19,450 nucleotides of DNA from Calditrichia bacterium (GTDB lineage: Bacteria > Calditrichota > Calditrichia > RBG-13-44-9): assembly GCA_037381445.1 (NCBI GenBank), contig JARRQT010000070.1, forward strand, positions 1 to 19,450. The letters run 5' to 3'. The notes below the pieces were generated by a model, which saw only the letters and a list, made by a program, of their open reading frames with translations, was not told where the DNA came from and did no database searches. Below are positions 17,040 through 19,450 of the stretch, in pieces; the stretch's first letter is position 1, and every line of letters begins with the position of its first letter. Position numbers and translations under genes: made by a program.

Positions 17040-17205
17040 CAGCAAGATAAAGCCCCAGAGGATTATCGCAATCCGGGGAGCAAGCATCCCGCTCTGTTCA
17101 GGCGCATGCCCGGTTTTCATATTTACAACTATGAACAGCTCGATTTCAACCGGCTGGATCTTCAGGTGAGCTATGATAAGAACTGAACCATTGGGGGGCG
17201 TTATT
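17040..17205 (+). pseudogene. fragment resembling the N-terminus of OmpA/DUF4892-type proteins
   Basis: Own translation from 17040: QQDKAPEDYRNPGSKHPALFRRMPGFHIYNYEQLDFNRLDLQVSYDK. It resembles the GSKDHPLFSRMP motif and ends in a stop/frameshift. Confidence 0.45.
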
Positions 17206-17208
17206 AAA

Positions 17209-17436
17209 GACATGGCTATTTGTTTTCTTAACCGAGGTGTTGAGCCCAGATCAATTGATTTCGATTTGAAAAGAAATCTTTCGGATAATGATTTCGGATG
17301 GAAAAAATATATCATTGATGATTAATACCAGATAAAAGACTTATGGAGTCATAGGATTATTGGGACAACAGCTAAATCGATAAGAGCAACCATCCAGGGA
17401 CATGACGTTTTTCTTATAAGATTATCCAGAATATAG
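17209..17436 (+). pseudogene. C-terminal beta-domain remnant of a GH27 alpha-galactosidase
   Basis: Own translation: [74 protein letters not shown]. Motifs AxxFLNR, DLW and HDVxLxRL; internal TAA at 17323-17325. Confidence 0.7.
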
Positions 17437-17812
17437 ACGGTGCATTTATTCGGGGGAGAAACATCTTATTGGTGGCGGCGATAATCCGCACATCCACCTT
17501 GCAGGGAATGTTCTCGCCGATCACCTCAATTTCACCTTCCTCCAGCACCCGGAGCAGTTTGGCCTGCAGGTTAAAGTCCATATCGCCGATTTCATCCAGG
17601 AAAAGGGTCCCGCCGCTGGCCGCCGCAAATTTTCCCTCGCGATCGGTCACGGCCCCGGTGAAGGCGCCCTTGCGGTGACCGAACAGCTCGCTCTCCAGCA
17701 ATTCCGACGGGACCGCCGCACAATTCAGTTTGATGTAAGGTTTGCCGTTCCGTTCGCTGTAATGATGCAGCGCCCAGGCCACCAGTTCCTTGCCGGTCCC
17801 GCTCTCGCCCAT
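17414..17812 (-). pseudogene. sigma-54 activator (NtrC-type) AAA domain fragment
   Basis: [33 protein letters not shown] and RIIAATN are present. No N-terminal domain, arginine-finger region or HTH; visibly GC-richer than the flanks. Confidence 0.8.
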
Positions 17813-17901
17813 AATGAAATGATAAGTACATAAGACTGGATATTGGGTCTGCCATAGCCGGTTTTTGAAAAAAGCGTAACCGCAGCCTTCGTCCTGAGCC
17901 T

Positions 17902-17929
17902 AAAAATAAAAGCGGGCGTAAAGCCCCGC
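17902..17929 (-). terminator. intrinsic terminator
   Basis: Minus strand GCGGGGC-TTTAC-GCCCGC followed by TTTTATTTTT. Confidence 0.6.
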
Positions 17930-17990
17930 CCAGCCTAACCAGAATCGACTTGAATCAAAGAAACTATAGAATGGTCAGACTTTCCCCCAA

Positions 17991-18250
17991 GCCGTTAGAA
18001 TCGATATGAAGTACCTTATTTTGAATTCATGGGATAATGACAGGATAAAAAATGTCGCGCCTGCAGCCTGAGCCTGCTGCAAGGGGAGAGGGGAAGGAAT
18101 TTGTTCGGTTAATACTCTTCGGCTCTTGAAAAGAAACTGAACCAATCCGCTCCGGAGGTGAAATTGGTTGTAAAGGCCGCTCAGTCTCGCCATGATCGAC
18201 ACGAAATGGGGAAACTTATATTGGGTTGGATTCTTAGGCCGTTAGAATCG
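17991..18250. repeat. 13-bp perfect direct repeat GCCGTTAGAATCG
   Basis: Copies at 17991-18003 and 18238-18250. Confidence 0.7.
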
Positions 18251-18334
18251 GGCTGAGGGGGCTCTAATTTGATTTTGCCACGGTCTTGGCATGAACTATT
18301 TTTGGGGGGACGAAGATATGAATAGCCGGGTGAT

Positions 18335-18706
18335 TCACCCCGTAACCAATGATGAATGGGCGGCAATGACCTGCCATTTGTTGCTTTCCCTTTTTTGCCA
18401 GACACGAGTAAAACGCAGAGCCGCATCATATTGCACATTCCTGAATTCTCCGGAAATATGCGAAAGAACCGAGACGATTGCAGCATCACCTTCCACCATG
18501 ATTTGCTTTTCAGACTGCTTAATTGACTTGATTTTGGCGATGCCCGAACGATAGGCTTCTATATCGTCTTCTTTTGACGTGACTTGACCGAGGTGATTGG
18601 TAAAGATAAGCCCATCAGCCAAAAGTTCATCGAGAACGGATACATCGGAATTTAGCATGGCTGATTTGAGTTGATCTTCCAAGACCGCAATTTTTTCATT
18701 GTCCAT
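18335..18706 (-). CDS. NTF2-like / DUF4440 family protein
   Basis: AMLNSDVSVLDELLADGLIFTNHLG..SKEDD, GDAAIV, RFTRVW and WQVIAAHSS. Start moved to ATG 18706, which has AAGGA upstream. Confidence 0.85.
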   Translation of the reverse strand: MDNEKIAVLEDQLKSAMLNSDVSVLDELLADGLIFTNHLGQVTSKEDDIEAYRSGIAKIKSIKQSEKQIMVEGDAAIVSVLSHISGEFRNVQYDAALRFTRVWQKRESNKWQVIAAHSSLVTG

Positions 18707-18813
18707 TTTTTTATAAATCCTTTTTATTTTGTGCGCCGCACGGATAAATGCCGGGCAAGGCAAATGCGCAGTCGCCAGTCAGCCCGCCCCTGTTTGTCAA
18801 ATTACTGTGGCAC

Positions 18814-19137
18814 TTACTTGTTGCCGTACTCCGCAAATGATTCGGGAGTGCCCAAAATGGTTTTTGATATAACATATTTGAACACTTCCAGTTCTTCATT
18901 CTCGAACTTTTCCCGCTCTTTAATGGCTGCCATTGAGGGCCATTGTTCCACGCCAACATAATCCCACTCATCATTCGACCAACCGCAGTTAATCATAGTG
19001 ATAGCTTTCATTCCGAGTTTGTCCAGGTTCCGTCGGTCTCTTCTCATAAAAGCCATTTTCTCTTCATCGGGCAAGTTGGTAAACGACTCCTTCATTTTGG
19101 CGAAATACAGCCTGATGATGGGTTTGTTTTCGATCAT
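18814..19137 (-). CDS. hypothetical protein, possibly a dimeric alpha+beta barrel (GYD/chlorite-dismutase-like) fold
   Basis: 107 aa with an AAAGGTG RBS and protein-like composition; pattern L..EE.., WDYVGVEQWPS.AA, SKTILGT. The fold is a guess. Confidence 0.65.
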   Translation of the reverse strand: MIENKPIIRLYFAKMKESFTNLPDEEKMAFMRRDRRNLDKLGMKAITMINCGWSNDEWDYVGVEQWPSMAAIKEREKFENEELEVFKYVISKTILGTPESFAEYGNK

Positions 19138-19225
19138 AATTTGTCACCTTTCTATATACTGTTGTTAGTTTGAAACATAACGGCCAGAGGCGAATCCCCT
19201 CTCCAAAAAAACAAAATGCCTGGTT

Positions 19226-19290
19226 AGCACTGTAACGCCGAAAACTTATGATTTTTTTACAAAGCACTATAACGCGGAACAAAAATGATT
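19226..19290. repeat. imperfect 28-bp direct repeat, 37-bp period
   Basis: AGCACTGTAACGCCGAAAACTTATGATT (19226-19253) vs AGCACTATAACGCGGAACAAAAATGATT (19263-19290), 22/28 identical. Confidence 0.7.
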
Positions 19291-19365
19291 GAAAAGTACG
19301 AGAGATTAAAAATTTTCCAATAGGCCGAAGGCGAGTTTACGGCCCGGTTGAGCCGAGCCTCAACC

Positions 19366-19393
19366 ATTATAATTTTATTACTTAATATGTTAA
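19366..19393 (-). promoter_or_regulatory. possible sigma70 promoter facing the small ORFs
   Basis: Minus strand TTAACA-16 bp-TATAAT. The AT-rich context lowers its significance. Confidence 0.3.
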
Positions 19394-19450
19394 AAAGAAA
19401 ACATTATCTGCAGAAATATGTCTGCATCAAGAAGGATGCATGTTCTGGTG

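Noticed and set aside
16757..17315. ORFs 16757-17023 and 16989-17315 as genes
   Set aside because: No motifs; one overlaps btuF out of frame and the other is antisense to recognisable pseudogene fragments.
16870..17413. Cobalamin riboswitch upstream of btuF
   Set aside because: No B12-box or GCCACTG/GGGAAG elements on the minus strand; most of the region translates as plus-strand gene debris.
17414..17812. Functional stand-alone sigma-54 activator for the cluster
   Set aside because: It lacks the arginine-finger/sensor II region and the DNA-binding domain, and I found no clear -24/-12 promoter upstream of btuF.
18707..18813. attC site between the two small ORFs
   Set aside because: The spacer is GC-rich and of suitable length, but it has neither a proper RYYYAAC nor a GTTRRRY core.
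19226..19290. CRISPR array
   Set aside because: Only two imperfect copies with a 9-bp gap and no cas genes.

Overview
Almost the whole window is one minus-strand gene cluster (about 16.9 kb down to 0.4 kb). The host is probably a diderm bacterium, inferred from the TonB-dependent receptors. In transcription order the genes are: a BtuF-like periplasmic binding protein (disrupted), a GntR/HutC-UTRA regulator, a CblT-like ECF S component, a CblS-like alpha-ribazole kinase, a fused EcfA-A' ATPase, EcfT, a YegU-like ADP-ribosylglycohydrolase, an exported PHP-type metallohydrolase, two BtuB-like TonB-dependent receptors, an archaeal/Thermotoga-type AhcY, a CNT/NupC nucleoside transporter and adenosine deaminase. 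The most interesting reading, which is inference, is a GntR-controlled locus with no visible riboswitch that strips and salvages or catabolises the alpha-riboside lower ligand and adenosine moieties of cobamides. Three genes (btuF-like, ahcY, one receptor) appear to carry internal deletions. Upstream lies a patch of gene debris (OmpA/DUF4892-like, GH27 C-terminal and sigma-54 AAA fragments), followed by two small ORFs with weak integron-like signals. The left edge has a near-consensus promoter plus terminator hairpin defining a candidate RNA of about 95 nt. All family assignments come from motif recognition; no searches were run.
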